From positions 55,519-119,518 of the forward strand of contig CALKHP010000048.1 in assembly GCA_937988775.1 (NCBI GenBank): a stretch of DNA of 64,000 nt, written 5' to 3'. Positions 36,221 through 45,782 of this stretch are shown here, in pieces. The first letter of the stretch is position 1. Every line of letters begins with the position of its first letter. Under the pieces are notes generated by a model that was given only the letters and a program-made list of their open reading frames with translations, was not told where the DNA came from and ran no database searches. Made by a program: the position numbers and the translations under genes. Origin of the DNA: an uncultured Alphaproteobacteria bacterium (GTDB lineage Bacteria > Pseudomonadota > Alphaproteobacteria > Rhizobiales > Beijerinckiaceae).

Positions 36221-36249
36221 AAAACGGCGGCCCGAGGGCCGCCGTTTCC
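36221..36249 (-). terminator. Rho-independent terminator of the flagellin gene
   Basis: The minus strand reads GGAAACGGCGGCCCTCGGGCCGCCGTTTTCGTTTG: a 9-bp GC stem plus a T-rich tail, 20 nt after the stop. Confidence 0.75.
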
Positions 36250-36268
36250 TTGTGTGGTGTTGCCTTGA

Positions 36269-37462
36269 TCAGCGCAGGAGCTGAAGCACGGCCTGGTTCG
36301 CCTGGTTGGCAAGCGACAGGGCCGACTGCGACAGCGACTGGCGCGTCTGGAGGGCGAGCACGTTGGCCGCTTCCTCGTTGGTGTCGGCGGTCACCAGAGC
36401 ATCGGAGCCGGACTTGAGCGTCGTCACGATGTTGTTCGTGAAGTCGGCGCGCGCCTGCATGATGGTCTGCTTGGTGCCGTAGGTGCTCTGCATGCCCTGG
36501 ATCGTCTTCAGCGCCGCGTCGATCGAGTCGATGAAGGACTGGGCGTTGCTGGCATCGAGCGTCGTCGGCTTGGTCAGCGACAGACCGGTCGTGGTCACGT
36601 CCTGGCTGTCGACGTCGATCTTCGAGGACGAGGTGTCGTCGAACTTGACGGTCAGCTTGTTGCTGGCGCCGCCGAGCAGCAGGTTGATGCCGTTATAGCT
36701 CGAGTCGGTCGCGGTATCGTCCACGCTGGTCAACAGGTCGTTGAACTGCGAGGTGTAGTCCGTGCCCGTGCTCGCCGCACCGGCCGTGGTCGAGACCACG
36801 CCGGCCACGGCCGTGAAGCCGAGGATCGAGGTCTGGGTGTTGTCGTCGGAGGTAACGGTCAGGTTGCCCGTCGAGGTGAAGGACAGCGTGCCGTTATCGT
36901 TGACCTTGGCGGTGCCGACACCGGAGGCATTCACCGCATCGACCAGGTCCGACACCGTCGAGGTGCCCGTTGTGGTGAAGGTGAAGGACTTCGTGACGCC
37001 ACCGGCAACACTGGCGAAGGTCAGCGTGTCGCCGGCGGTGATGCCGTTGCCGGCAGCGGTCAACAGGGAAGCGAGCGCCTTGGCCTGCGGCGTGGTGCCG
37101 GTGCCGGTGGTCTGGGCCGTGGCCGAGGTCGCCGAGTAGCTGCTGGTGCCGCCGCTGCCCGAGAGCGCCTGCTGCGCCACGGCCTTGGCAGATTTCAGCA
37201 GCGAGGTGACCGTAGTCAGGCCCTGGTTCGCCGCCTTGATGGTGTTGAGGCCGTTGGTGATGCCGTCGAGCAGCGAGGACAGGTTCGACGAACGATCCGA
37301 CAACGACTGCGAGGTGAAGAAGGCGGACGCGTTATCGAGCGCGCTGTTGACCTTCTTGCCCGTCGACAGGCGCTCCTGCGCCTGATTGAGCATCGACGCC
37401 GTGTTCTGCAGCGCGAGAAGGTTCGAGCGGATGTTCGAGGAGAGGAGAACTGAGCCGGACAT
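36269..37462 (-). CDS. Flagellin
   Basis: MSGSVLLSSNIRSNLLALQNTASMLNQAQERLSTGKKVNSALDNASAFF… and C-terminal …ALSLANQANQAVLQLLR. The central variable domain is Thr/Ser/Gly-rich. Confidence 0.95.
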   Translation of the reverse strand: MSGSVLLSSNIRSNLLALQNTASMLNQAQERLSTGKKVNSALDNASAFFTSQSLSDRSSNLSSLLDGITNGLNTIKAANQGLTTVTSLLKSAKAVAQQALSGSGGTSSYSATSATAQTTGTGTTPQAKALASLLTAAGNGITAGDTLTFASVAGGVTKSFTFTTTGTSTVSDLVDAVNASGVGTAKVNDNGTLSFTSTGNLTVTSDDNTQTSILGFTAVAGVVSTTAGAASTGTDYTSQFNDLLTSVDDTATDSSYNGINLLLGGASNKLTVKFDDTSSSKIDVDSQDVTTTGLSLTKPTTLDASNAQSFIDSIDAALKTIQGMQSTYGTKQTIMQARADFTNNIVTTLKSGSDALVTADTNEEAANVLALQTRQSLSQSALSLANQANQAVLQLLR

Positions 37463-37657
37463 TCTGTCATTCCTTGGGTACTGACGCCTTCTTGGCGACG
37501 CTCCCTTTCTAACGCCGCAGTTCTTACACGCCGGTTAAGTGGAAGCCCGCATTTCGAGCCAACGCATCGGCCGCCGCCGGGCGTTTCCGTGAAATCGCCT
37601 ATCGTTCAGCGACCCGTTTGCCGTTACGCTTGGCGTTGATTCTCGATGGATGCGCAC

Positions 37658-38056
37658 ATGGCCCTGAAAGTTGAACTGAAGCCCGGCGAGCAGATCGTCA
37701 TCGGCAACGCGGTGCTCAAGAATGGCAACCAGAGGGCGCATTTCGTCGTCGAGGGCCATGCGCCGATCCTGCGCGAGAAGGATATACTGACGGCCGAAAC
37801 GGCCAATACTCCGGCGCGGCGCATCTACCTTGCGGTACAGTTGATGTATCTGAGCGACGACATCGACACGCATTCGACGGTCTACTTCGAGTTGATCCGC
37901 GATTTCATGACGGCCGCGCCAAGTTCGCTGCCCCTGATCAGCGAGGTCAACAGCCGGATTCTCGCCGGCGACCTGTACAAGGCGCTCAAGGTGGCGAAGC
38001 GATTGGTTAACTACGAGAAGGAATTGCTGGCGCGCCTCAGTGGATCGGCCGGGTGA
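37658..38056 (+). CDS. flbT: Flagellin translational repressor FlbT
   Basis: MALKVELKPGEQIVIGNAVLKNGNQRAHFVVEGHAPILREKDIL…RRIYLAVQLMYL… The ORF opens 12 nt earlier, at 37646. Confidence 0.88.
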   Translation: MALKVELKPGEQIVIGNAVLKNGNQRAHFVVEGHAPILREKDILTAETANTPARRIYLAVQLMYLSDDIDTHSTVYFELIRDFMTAAPSSLPLISEVNSRILAGDLYKALKVAKRLVNYEKELLARLSGSAG

Positions 38057-38077
38057 AGGATGACCCCGGCCGGGAGC

Positions 38078-38189
38078 CTTTCCAATCGGGATCGGCGGAT
38101 CAAGTCCGCCGATGACGGCTTGATAAGGTTTGCGCAAATCCCTCCGCCGTCATGGGCCGGCCTGACCGGCCCATCCCGACCGGAAAAGC
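38078..38189. repeat. Family A compound palindromic element (right flank of the flagellin-flbT segment, arms in swapped order relative to 36061)
   Basis: CCTTTCCAATCGGGATCGGCGGATCAAGTCCGCCGATGACGGC … CCGTCATGGGCCGGCCTGACCGGCCCATCCCGACCGGAAAAGCG. Confidence 0.85.
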
Positions 38190-38212
38190 GACGCGGCTGA
38201 CCGCCCTTGGCT

Positions 38213-38288
38213 GTCATTCCCGCGCAGGCGGGAATCCAGAAGCCGATGCGCAAACGCCTCCTGGATTCCCGCCTGCGCGGGAATGGCA
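38213..38288. repeat. Family B element
   Basis: GTCATTCCCGCGCAGGCGGGAATCCAGAAGCCGATGCGCAAACGCCTCCTGGATTCCCGCCTGCGCGGGAATGGC. Confidence 0.85.
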
Positions 38289-38302
38289 TTACGTCGCCCG
38301 CC

Positions 38303-39808
38303 CTAGCGCATGTAATTCGCGAGGCTCAGCGACGCCATTGACGAGGTGATCTGGTAGCTCGCCTGCAGCCGGGTCTGGAGCGACAGGATCTGCGTCAGCA
38401 CCGTCGCCGGGTCGATGCTGACCATGTCGCTCAGGCTGCCCTGATACATCGACAGCCGCTGCGTGTTGCGGTCCTTCGCGCCGGTGACCGCGACATTGGC
38501 GACGCTGATCTCGCTGGCGATGTCCTGGATCGAGGGCACGCCCGGCCCGCCGGCGAACCCGGCCTGAAGCCGGCTCGTCAGGGCCTGGTAGCGCACCGTG
38601 TCGGTATCGGAGCCCGGCGTGAAGCTCTCGGCGGCGAGCGCCGCCCATTGCGCCAGCGCGTTGCGGATCGGCGCCTCGTTGGCGCGCGCGCCGATGCCGA
38701 CGACCTGCGAGGCATCGACGCGCTGCGCCGAGGTATCCCGCGCGGCAACCGAGCTATCGTCATCGCCCTTGTACCAGATCACCGTGCTGGCGGCGGCTTG
38801 CGCCGGCGTCAGGAAGCCGGTCGCGCTGGCGTAAGGCGGCGCGATGCGGGCCGGCGGGTTGCTGGTCGAGCCGGCGAAGAAATCCTGCGACGCCCTGAGC
38901 GCCGAGGCGGCGGCGAGATCGGTCTTGGCGGCCGTGCCGAGCGCATCGCCGAGCGCCGTCTGGAAATTGCCCGCCGTATCGGCCGCCGTCGCGCCGAGCT
39001 CGAACTCGCCCGGCCCCGGCGCCGTGCCGGCCGCGACCGCCTTCAGCGTCACCTTCGATGTGGTGCCGTCGGGCAGCGACAGCGTCAGGCTCAGCACCTC
39101 ACCTTCGTTCGATTGGCCGGTGAAGTCGACGCCGATCGCGCCGCCCGCCGGGCCGCTCACCGTGACGTTGCTCAGGCCGCTCTCGGCCGGCGTGGCGAGC
39201 TTGAAGCCGAATGGCTGGCCGGCCTCCTCGGCAACCGTCACGGTATTGCCGGCGCCAGATAGCGTCAGCCGGCCGCTGCCGCTGCCGAGATCGGCCTGCT
39301 TGCGCTCGGCAATCAGCGTGGCGACGCCGGCATGGGTCGCGTCGCCGTTGATGATGGTGTCGTAATCGGCCACCGGCTTGGTGTCGGTGCTGCGGCCGGA
39401 GAAGATGTAGCGCCCGCCAATGTCGCTGTTCAGCAGGTCGACAGCCTGCGACAGATAGTTGGCGGCGCTGGTCTGCGCCGTGGTGGTGCCGTCGCTGAAC
39501 GTATAGCCATAGGCGGTTTCCGTCGCGCTGCTCGAGGCGTTGGAGGCAAGCTGGGTCAGGGCGGCGTTCAGGAAGCTGATGCGGCTCGACGCATTGGAAA
39601 TCGTGCCGAGATAGCCGCTGGTGGCGCTGATCTTGGCATTCAGGTCGAGCACGCTGCCACGCGCCTGGCCAAGCCCGCCATAGGTCGTCGAGACCTGCCC
39701 GGTATTGAGCTGCTTGGTCAGGTCGTTGAGTTGCGCCTTGGTGGTGCCGAGCGCGTCGCGCGCCAGGTCCATGTCGTAATAGCCGGCCTTGAAGGCGCTG
39801 ATTTCCAT
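38303..39808 (-). CDS. flgL: Flagellar hook-filament junction protein FlgL
   Basis: An internal Met gives MEISAFKAGYYDMDLARDAL…STTYGGLG… The C-terminus …LQTRLQASYQITSSMASLSLANYMR is flagellin-like. The gene follows flgK by 10 nt. Confidence 0.85.
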   Translation of the reverse strand: MEISAFKAGYYDMDLARDALGTTKAQLNDLTKQLNTGQVSTTYGGLGQARGSVLDLNAKISATSGYLGTISNASSRISFLNAALTQLASNASSSATETAYGYTFSDGTTTAQTSAANYLSQAVDLLNSDIGGRYIFSGRSTDTKPVADYDTIINGDATHAGVATLIAERKQADLGSGSGRLTLSGAGNTVTVAEEAGQPFGFKLATPAESGLSNVTVSGPAGGAIGVDFTGQSNEGEVLSLTLSLPDGTTSKVTLKAVAAGTAPGPGEFELGATAADTAGNFQTALGDALGTAAKTDLAAASALRASQDFFAGSTSNPPARIAPPYASATGFLTPAQAAASTVIWYKGDDDSSVAARDTSAQRVDASQVVGIGARANEAPIRNALAQWAALAAESFTPGSDTDTVRYQALTSRLQAGFAGGPGVPSIQDIASEISVANVAVTGAKDRNTQRLSMYQGSLSDMVSIDPATVLTQILSLQTRLQASYQITSSMASLSLANYMR

Positions 39809-39818
39809 CGCTTGTTCC

Positions 39819-41669
39819 TCAGATCCGGTCGAGCATGTCGAACAGGTCCCGCACCACCGAGATGATGCGCGCATTGGCGGAATAGGCGTTCTGCATCTTG
39901 ATCAGGTTGGACAGTTCCTCGTCGATGCTGACGCCCGAGGTGCTGGCGACCTTGGCCTGGAGCGAATTCACCACGACCTGCTGGCCGGCATCGAGATTCT
40001 GCGCCTGCACCGCGTTGGCGCCCTGGCTGGCGATGATGCCGGTGAGAAAGCCGCCGATCGTGCCGCTATAGGGCTGGTTGGTGCCGCTCAGCCCGGCTTC
40101 ATAGGAGAATTGCTGCGTGGCGCCGGTCAGCCGGTCGAGCAGCAGGTTGGGCCGGGTCGCATCGCCCGCGTCTGTCGAGCCGGTATAATTGACCAGCGCG
40201 CCGCTATCGCCGAGCACGGCCGGGTTGATGGTGATGCGGCTGGAAAAGCCGGTGCGCTGGCTGCCGGCATCGAACGAGCCGGTATAGGGCTGGCCGGTGG
40301 CGCTATCGACGAAAAGCGGCAGTTCCGCCCCTCCCCCTGAGAGCAGCCCGTTGGTGATGTTGGCGCTCACCCCCGCCACGGTGCTGGTGCCCGAGCCGTC
40401 ATCGAGCACCTGCAGCACGTTGCCGGAGGGGTTCGACACCGTGAGGTTGGTGCCGGCAGCACTCAGCGCGCTCTGGATATCGGCGAGCGCGCCTGCCGTG
40501 CCGCCGGCAAAGGACACGCCGATGACGATATCGTTCGGATTGCCGGTGGCGCCGACCGGCAGCGGCAGCACCGACGGATTGTCGACGGCGACGAGCGAGA
40601 CGGTTTTGGTGACGCCGCCCTGCTGGAAGCTGATCTTCGTCATGTTGCCGGGCTGGATGCCGGCAAGATCGATCGAGAAGCCGCTTTGCGCGCCGGCCGT
40701 CACCGGCGTCGCGGCCGGCGAGGCATCGGACAGGGCGCGCGACAGCCCGGCCGCCAACTCGTCGAGCTGGGTCTGGGCCTCCGGCAGCACCTGGTCGCGC
40801 AGGTCGAGCAGGCCCTTGAACTCGCCGGAGCGGAACACGTTCTGCTGCCCGGCATCGATCGAGGCGCCCGACGGCGTGACGATCAGCAACTGGCCGACGC
40901 CGCTCTTCGAAGCGTCGGCATTATAGAGCGCGTTCGGCCCGACGGAGGTGCGCTGGTCGAACTGGAAGCGCACGCCCTTCGAGCCGTCGAACAGCGTCAC
41001 GCCGGAATTGGTATAGACCGTGACCTGGCCGTTCGGCTGCTCGTTGACCTTGATGTCGCCGAGCTTGGACAATTGGTCGATATAGCTATCGCGCTGGTCG
41101 AGCAGCGACACGTCCGGCGCGCCGACCGTGGTGCCGAGCTGGCGCGCGATATCCTCCAGCCCCTTCAGCGCGTTATTGGCAACCGTAACGTCGCTGGCGA
41201 TCTGCTGCTCGGCATTGGTGCGCAATTCCTGCACATTGGCCGAGAGCGTGTTGAGGCGGGCGGCCATCGTCTGCGCGCTCTGCAACACGCCGGCGCGCGC
41301 CGTCGACGAGGATGGGTCGCTCGACAGCCCCTGCAAGGCGCTGGTCAGGTTGTTGAACGCGCCATCGAGCGAGACATTGGCATCGCTCTGCCCGAACACG
41401 CCGTTCAACTGCTGGGCATATTGCGCCATGATGCTCGAATAGGCGGCGCCGGCATTCTCCGTGCGCAACTGGCGCTGCACGAGCTGGTCATAGGCGCGCG
41501 TCACCGCGCTGGTCTGCACGCTGCCCGAGTAGCTCGCCGTCGTGGTGATCTGGCGCTTGATGTAGCCGACGCTGTTGGCATTGGCGACATTCTGCGACAC
41601 CAGCTCGATCTGCGCCTGGCTCGCGGCCAGGCCGGACACCGCGATATTCAGGCTGCTCGAAAGGCCCAT
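39819..41669 (-). CDS. flgK: Flagellar hook-associated protein FlgK
   Basis: MGLSSSLNIAVSGLAASQAQIELVSQNVANANSVGYIKRQ… and C-terminal …DEELSNLIKMQNAYSANARIISVVRDLFDML. Confidence 0.93.
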   Translation of the reverse strand: MGLSSSLNIAVSGLAASQAQIELVSQNVANANSVGYIKRQITTTASYSGSVQTSAVTRAYDQLVQRQLRTENAGAAYSSIMAQYAQQLNGVFGQSDANVSLDGAFNNLTSALQGLSSDPSSSTARAGVLQSAQTMAARLNTLSANVQELRTNAEQQIASDVTVANNALKGLEDIARQLGTTVGAPDVSLLDQRDSYIDQLSKLGDIKVNEQPNGQVTVYTNSGVTLFDGSKGVRFQFDQRTSVGPNALYNADASKSGVGQLLIVTPSGASIDAGQQNVFRSGEFKGLLDLRDQVLPEAQTQLDELAAGLSRALSDASPAATPVTAGAQSGFSIDLAGIQPGNMTKISFQQGGVTKTVSLVAVDNPSVLPLPVGATGNPNDIVIGVSFAGGTAGALADIQSALSAAGTNLTVSNPSGNVLQVLDDGSGTSTVAGVSANITNGLLSGGGAELPLFVDSATGQPYTGSFDAGSQRTGFSSRITINPAVLGDSGALVNYTGSTDAGDATRPNLLLDRLTGATQQFSYEAGLSGTNQPYSGTIGGFLTGIIASQGANAVQAQNLDAGQQVVVNSLQAKVASTSGVSIDEELSNLIKMQNAYSANARIISVVRDLFDMLDRI

Positions 41670-41694
41670 GCCCTTACTCCGTCAGCGCGCCGCT

Positions 41695-43035
41695 TCAGCG
41701 CACGATGTTCAACACGTCCTGCAGCATCTGCTGCGCGGTCGACAGGATCTTGGTGTTGGCGGAATAGGCCTGCTGCGTGACGATCATCTTCGAGAATTCG
41801 GAGCTGATATCGGTGTTGGAGGTCTCGACCGAACTCGTCACCAGCTTGCTGCCAGCCAGGCCGACGAGCGGCTGGCCGGATTCCAGCGTCTGCGCATAGA
41901 CGCCGCCATCGAGACGCTGCAATCCGTCATCGCCGTTGAACTGCACCACGGAAATCTGCGCCAGCGTCAGCACCTTGCCGTTGGAATAATTGCCGACGAC
42001 CTGCCCGGCATCGTTGATCGACACTTTCAGGAGCTGGCCCGAGGCATAGCCATCCTGCAAGGTCAGGTTGGCGTTCACCTGGCCCGAGGAATCGTTGTAC
42101 TGCGTCAAGCCGTTGGTGCCGGTCGAGAAGCTGATCGGCCCGAGCGCCACGCCGTCGATGGTCATCGCCGGGATATTGATCGTATTCGCCGAGGTGAGCT
42201 GGCCGCTGCCGTTGAAGGTGAAATCGCCGCCGACGCGCTGCCAGCTCACCGCTGCGCCGGTCGCGGTGGAATCGGTCTGCACGAAAGCCGCCCAGGTGCC
42301 GTTCGACAATTTGCCCCAGCGCAGGTTGAGCGTCGCCGCCGTGCCGTCGGCGGCATAGACCGGCATCGTGCCGCCCGGCACCGTCTCGGCGACGAAAGTC
42401 GCGACATCGGCGCCGGTCACCGTGCCGCTGGCGATCGGGTCGGTGGTGAAATCGGCCGGGTTCATCAGGCCGTTGCCGCCGGCGGCGGTAACCGGGATGG
42501 ACGGCAGGTTGGCGCGGTAGTCGATCGTCGTCGTCGCCTTGGCGGCGAGCTGGTCCGACGAGACGTGGATCGCGCCCGAGATCGCGCCGGCGGCGATGCC
42601 GCTCGTCGCCGTGGTGCCGGTGGTGCCCTTCAGGTAGAAGCCGGCGCCGTTGACCAGATAGCCGTTGGCGTCGAGCGTGAAATCGCCGCGCCGCGTATAG
42701 AGATCGCCGCTCGAGGACACCACGCCGTTGGTGTCGATATCGGCGCCCGGCCCGACCACGAAATAGCCCGGCCCATCAAGCGCGATATTGGTGTTGATCG
42801 CCGATTTCGAGATCGTGCCCTGCACGGTATTGGTCGATTGCGAGCGCGCCAGCACCGAGCCGGCGATCGTCGCCGAGGATAGCGGCGTGTCGCGCAACAG
42901 GTCGACGAAGCTGGTATCGATGCGCTTGTAGCCGATGGTCTGCGAGTTGGCGATATTTCCGGAGATGTTCTCGAGCGCGAAGCTTTGCGCATCGATACCC
43001 GAAACCGCGGTATTCATGGCCGAGAAGATACCCAT
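41695..43035 (-). CDS. flgE: Flagellar hook protein FlgE
   Basis: MGIFSAMNTAVSGIDAQSFALENISGNIANSQTIGYKRIDTSF… and C-terminal …SNTDISSEFSKMIVTQQAYSANTKILSTAQQMLQDVLNIV. Confidence 0.95.
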   Translation of the reverse strand: MGIFSAMNTAVSGIDAQSFALENISGNIANSQTIGYKRIDTSFVDLLRDTPLSSATIAGSVLARSQSTNTVQGTISKSAINTNIALDGPGYFVVGPGADIDTNGVVSSSGDLYTRRGDFTLDANGYLVNGAGFYLKGTTGTTATSGIAAGAISGAIHVSSDQLAAKATTTIDYRANLPSIPVTAAGGNGLMNPADFTTDPIASGTVTGADVATFVAETVPGGTMPVYAADGTAATLNLRWGKLSNGTWAAFVQTDSTATGAAVSWQRVGGDFTFNGSGQLTSANTINIPAMTIDGVALGPISFSTGTNGLTQYNDSSGQVNANLTLQDGYASGQLLKVSINDAGQVVGNYSNGKVLTLAQISVVQFNGDDGLQRLDGGVYAQTLESGQPLVGLAGSKLVTSSVETSNTDISSEFSKMIVTQQAYSANTKILSTAQQMLQDVLNIVR

Positions 43036-43108
43036 GGAAAACTCCGGAAGAAAAAGGTCGCAGGCACGGACGCATTACCTAAAGCGCACCTGCTCAAGCC
43101 TTGCCGCT

Positions 43109-43124
43109 CGCAACCCGCGTGCCA
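43109..43124 (-). promoter_or_regulatory. Sigma54 (-24/-12) promoter of flgE-flgK-flgL
   Basis: The minus strand reads TGGCACGCGGGTTGCG, a full match to TGGCACG-N4-TTGC. An IHF-consensus-like AATCAATCGCTTG lies immediately upstream (43129-43141), and the region beyond it is AT-rich. Confidence 0.72.
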
Positions 43125-43203
43125 GCGCCAAGCGATTGATTTCTCACGGATTAAATATTCGCTAACCATGACGGGGCCGGCAGAAACGGTCTGCCGCGCG
43201 CCG

Positions 43204-44235
43204 CTACCCGGCAGTTTTTTCCGGGCCACCGCCCTCGGATGGGCCGAGCAGCGAGCCCGCCACGTCCGACAGGAGCGGCGGCTTTTCAGCCAGGAACGGC
43301 AGCGGCCGGCACACCGCGATCGCCGCCAGCCCGATGCGCGCCGTGAGCACGCCGTTGAGCACGCCCTCGCCGAGCTTGGCCGACAGGCGCGCCGCAAGCC
43401 CCGCGCCGAGCACCTGCCCGATCAGCCCGTCGCCGATCGCCATGCCGCCGGTGACGGTAAGGTGGCCAAGCACGGCGCGCCCGAGCCTGAGCGCGCCGAG
43501 AAACGACGGCCGGCCACCATAGGCTTCGGCGATGCGGCGCACCATGCGCACCGATTGCGCCAGCACGAACACGACATCGACGATGGCGCGCGGCGAGATC
43601 GCCGTCACCATCGACACGCGGCTCGCGGCCGAGGCGACCACGGCGCGCGCGATCGCATCCTGCGGTTGCAGCACGATGCGCTCGGCGACCTTCATCAGGT
43701 CGGCGCCGTCGATGATCTCGCCGTTGAGGTCGTCGAGCGCGGCGCGCACGGCCGCACCGGCCGGCCCACCCGGCTGCAAGGCGCGCAGGCGCTGGACGAC
43801 ATCGCGCGCCGCCGCGCCGTCATCGGCGGCGTATGCGGCCTGCGCATCCTCGCGCAACGCCTCGACCCGGCCGAGGCGGCGCAGCGACCAGATCTCGCGC
43901 AGCAGGATCACGGCCAACGCCAGAGCCGCCAGCCCCGCAAGCGCCGCCGCCGCCCAGCCGAGCACCGGATTGGCCGCGAGCAGCGCCTCGACGAGATTGA
44001 CCGCCCACAAGCCGATCCCCAGCCCGACGAAGGAGCCGAAAGCCGACCAGAACACCCCGCCCCATGACAGCAGGCGCCGCCGTCGCGGTGCCGGCGGCGT
44101 GGCGACGAGGCGCGCCGCCTCCAACTCGTACGGATCGACGTCCGGCGCGATCAGGCGGCCGCCGGCGACGGGCGCGCCGGCCTCGTCGAGGCGGAAGGCG
44201 CGCGGGCTGCGATCCTTCAGGGGGCGCTCGCTCAT
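43204..44235 (-). CDS. ycjF: YcjF-family (UPF0283/DUF697) inner-membrane protein
   Basis: 343 aa. N-terminal …PRAFRLDE… and central hydrophobic helices. Its ATG overlaps the ycjX stop (ATGA). Confidence 0.75.
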   Translation of the reverse strand: MSERPLKDRSPRAFRLDEAGAPVAGGRLIAPDVDPYELEAARLVATPPAPRRRRLLSWGGVFWSAFGSFVGLGIGLWAVNLVEALLAANPVLGWAAAALAGLAALALAVILLREIWSLRRLGRVEALREDAQAAYAADDGAAARDVVQRLRALQPGGPAGAAVRAALDDLNGEIIDGADLMKVAERIVLQPQDAIARAVVASAASRVSMVTAISPRAIVDVVFVLAQSVRMVRRIAEAYGGRPSFLGALRLGRAVLGHLTVTGGMAIGDGLIGQVLGAGLAARLSAKLGEGVLNGVLTARIGLAAIAVCRPLPFLAEKPPLLSDVAGSLLGPSEGGGPEKTAG

Positions 44236-45683
44236 CTCAGCCTGTCACCGATCAGGAATTCCAGCGCCCGGTCGAGGCGGATTTGCGGCAGCCCCTTGAC
44301 CCGCCCGTCCGGATGACGCTCGAGCAGCGGCGGCCGGAAGCGCAGCGCCCGGAAGGCGCTCTCGCGCTGGCTCGGCGCGGCGCTCAGCATCGTGGCCGGA
44401 TCGGCCGGCAGGTCGCCCGGAAACGCCGCCGCCTCGTCATGCCCGTCGAACACCTCGTCGCCGATGCGTTCACCGCGCATCGGCACGCCGATGATGCAAT
44501 CGACGCTCTCGCCCGCCTGCCGCACCTGCGCCTCGCGCGTCGCGCGCACGGCCGCCATGGCGATGACGTCGATCTCGGCGCCGGCGCTCTCGGCCCGCAC
44601 CATCGCCTTGTTGACCAGCAGCCGCAGCAGCGCCTCGAGCCGGTCGTGGCTGGTATGGTGCAGGTGGTCGGCCTTGGTGGCGGCGAACAGGATTTTCTCA
44701 ACGCGCGGCGCGAACATGCTGGAAAGCAACGAGTTCTGGCCGGTGCGGAAGGCGGTCAGGGTCTCGGTCAGCGCGGTTTCGAGATCGGCCACCGCCTCGC
44801 GCCCGGCATTGAGCGCCGACAGCATGTCGACCAGCACGACCTGCCGGTCGAGCCGCGAGAAATGCTCGCGGAAGAACGGCCGCACGATCTCGCGCTTATA
44901 GGCCTCATAGCGGCGCTGCATGGTGGCGGCGAGCGAGCCCGGCACCGGCGTCCAGCCTTCCGGCAAGGCGAGCGGCGCGAAGGTCAGCGCGGGCGAGCCC
45001 TCGAGATCGCCCGGCATCAGGAAACGGCCGGGCGGCAGCATCGACAGCGACAGCGCGTCGTCGCGGCAGGCGCGCAGATAGGCCGTGAAGGTTTCGGCCA
45101 GGCGGCGCGCATCGGCCTCCTCGAAAACCTGCTCCGGGCGCATCGTGCCGGTGAGCCCGAGCAGCGGGCCGGCGATTCCTGCGCGCGATGGCTTCGCCGC
45201 ACCGGCCAGCGTCTCGCGCGACCAGCGCGCGTAATCCTTGGTCAGCAGCGTCAGGTCGAGCAGCCATTCGCCGGGATAATCGACGATGTCGAGCGTCAAC
45301 GTCGATTGGCCGGGCAGCCATGACGAGGCCGAGCGGTATTCGATGACGATGCGCAATTCGCTGATGCGCCTGGTCGATTCCGGCCAGTGCCGGTCGGCGC
45401 CGGTCAACGCGCTCAGGTGATCCTCGAAGGCGAAGCGCGGCACGGTGTCATGCGGCTGATGCTCAAGCCGCACGCGCGCAAGCCTTCCCTCGCTCGCCAC
45501 CCGCAGCACCGGCAGGCGGCTGCGCGAAATCAGCGCCTGCACGAGCGCCGTCAGGAACACCGTCTTGCCGGCGCGCGACAGGCCGGTAACGCCGAGCCTG
45601 AGCGTCGGCCGCACCAGATTGCCGGCATAGTCGAACAGGCCGCGCGCCGCGCCGACGACATCGTAAGGGTTGGCCTGCGTCAT
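44232..45683 (-). CDS. ycjX: YcjX-family P-loop NTPase (DUF463)
   Basis: 483 aa. Walker A …LGVTGLSRAGKTVFLTALV…, …DYPGEWLLDL…, …ILFAATKADHL…. Confidence 0.8.
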   Translation of the reverse strand: MTQANPYDVVGAARGLFDYAGNLVRPTLRLGVTGLSRAGKTVFLTALVQALISRSRLPVLRVASEGRLARVRLEHQPHDTVPRFAFEDHLSALTGADRHWPESTRRISELRIVIEYRSASSWLPGQSTLTLDIVDYPGEWLLDLTLLTKDYARWSRETLAGAAKPSRAGIAGPLLGLTGTMRPEQVFEEADARRLAETFTAYLRACRDDALSLSMLPPGRFLMPGDLEGSPALTFAPLALPEGWTPVPGSLAATMQRRYEAYKREIVRPFFREHFSRLDRQVVLVDMLSALNAGREAVADLETALTETLTAFRTGQNSLLSSMFAPRVEKILFAATKADHLHHTSHDRLEALLRLLVNKAMVRAESAGAEIDVIAMAAVRATREAQVRQAGESVDCIIGVPMRGERIGDEVFDGHDEAAAFPGDLPADPATMLSAAPSQRESAFRALRFRPPLLERHPDGRVKGLPQIRLDRALEFLIGDRLR

Positions 45684-45782
45684 CGGCGCTCAGGCACAAG
45701 CACGGTATGGGGCAATCTCGGTCATCCAGTCTCCTGCACGGGAGAACGCGAGGGCGAGCTTATCGTTCACCGGCGCTCGGGT

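Noticed and set aside
37560-37575. A GCCGATGC sequence (minus strand) upstream of the flagellin gene, considered as a sigma28-type -10 element (GCCGATAA).
   Set aside because: No TAAA-like -35 element lies at the required 15-nt spacing, and the other late genes here use sigma54-type promoters. The evidence is insufficient.
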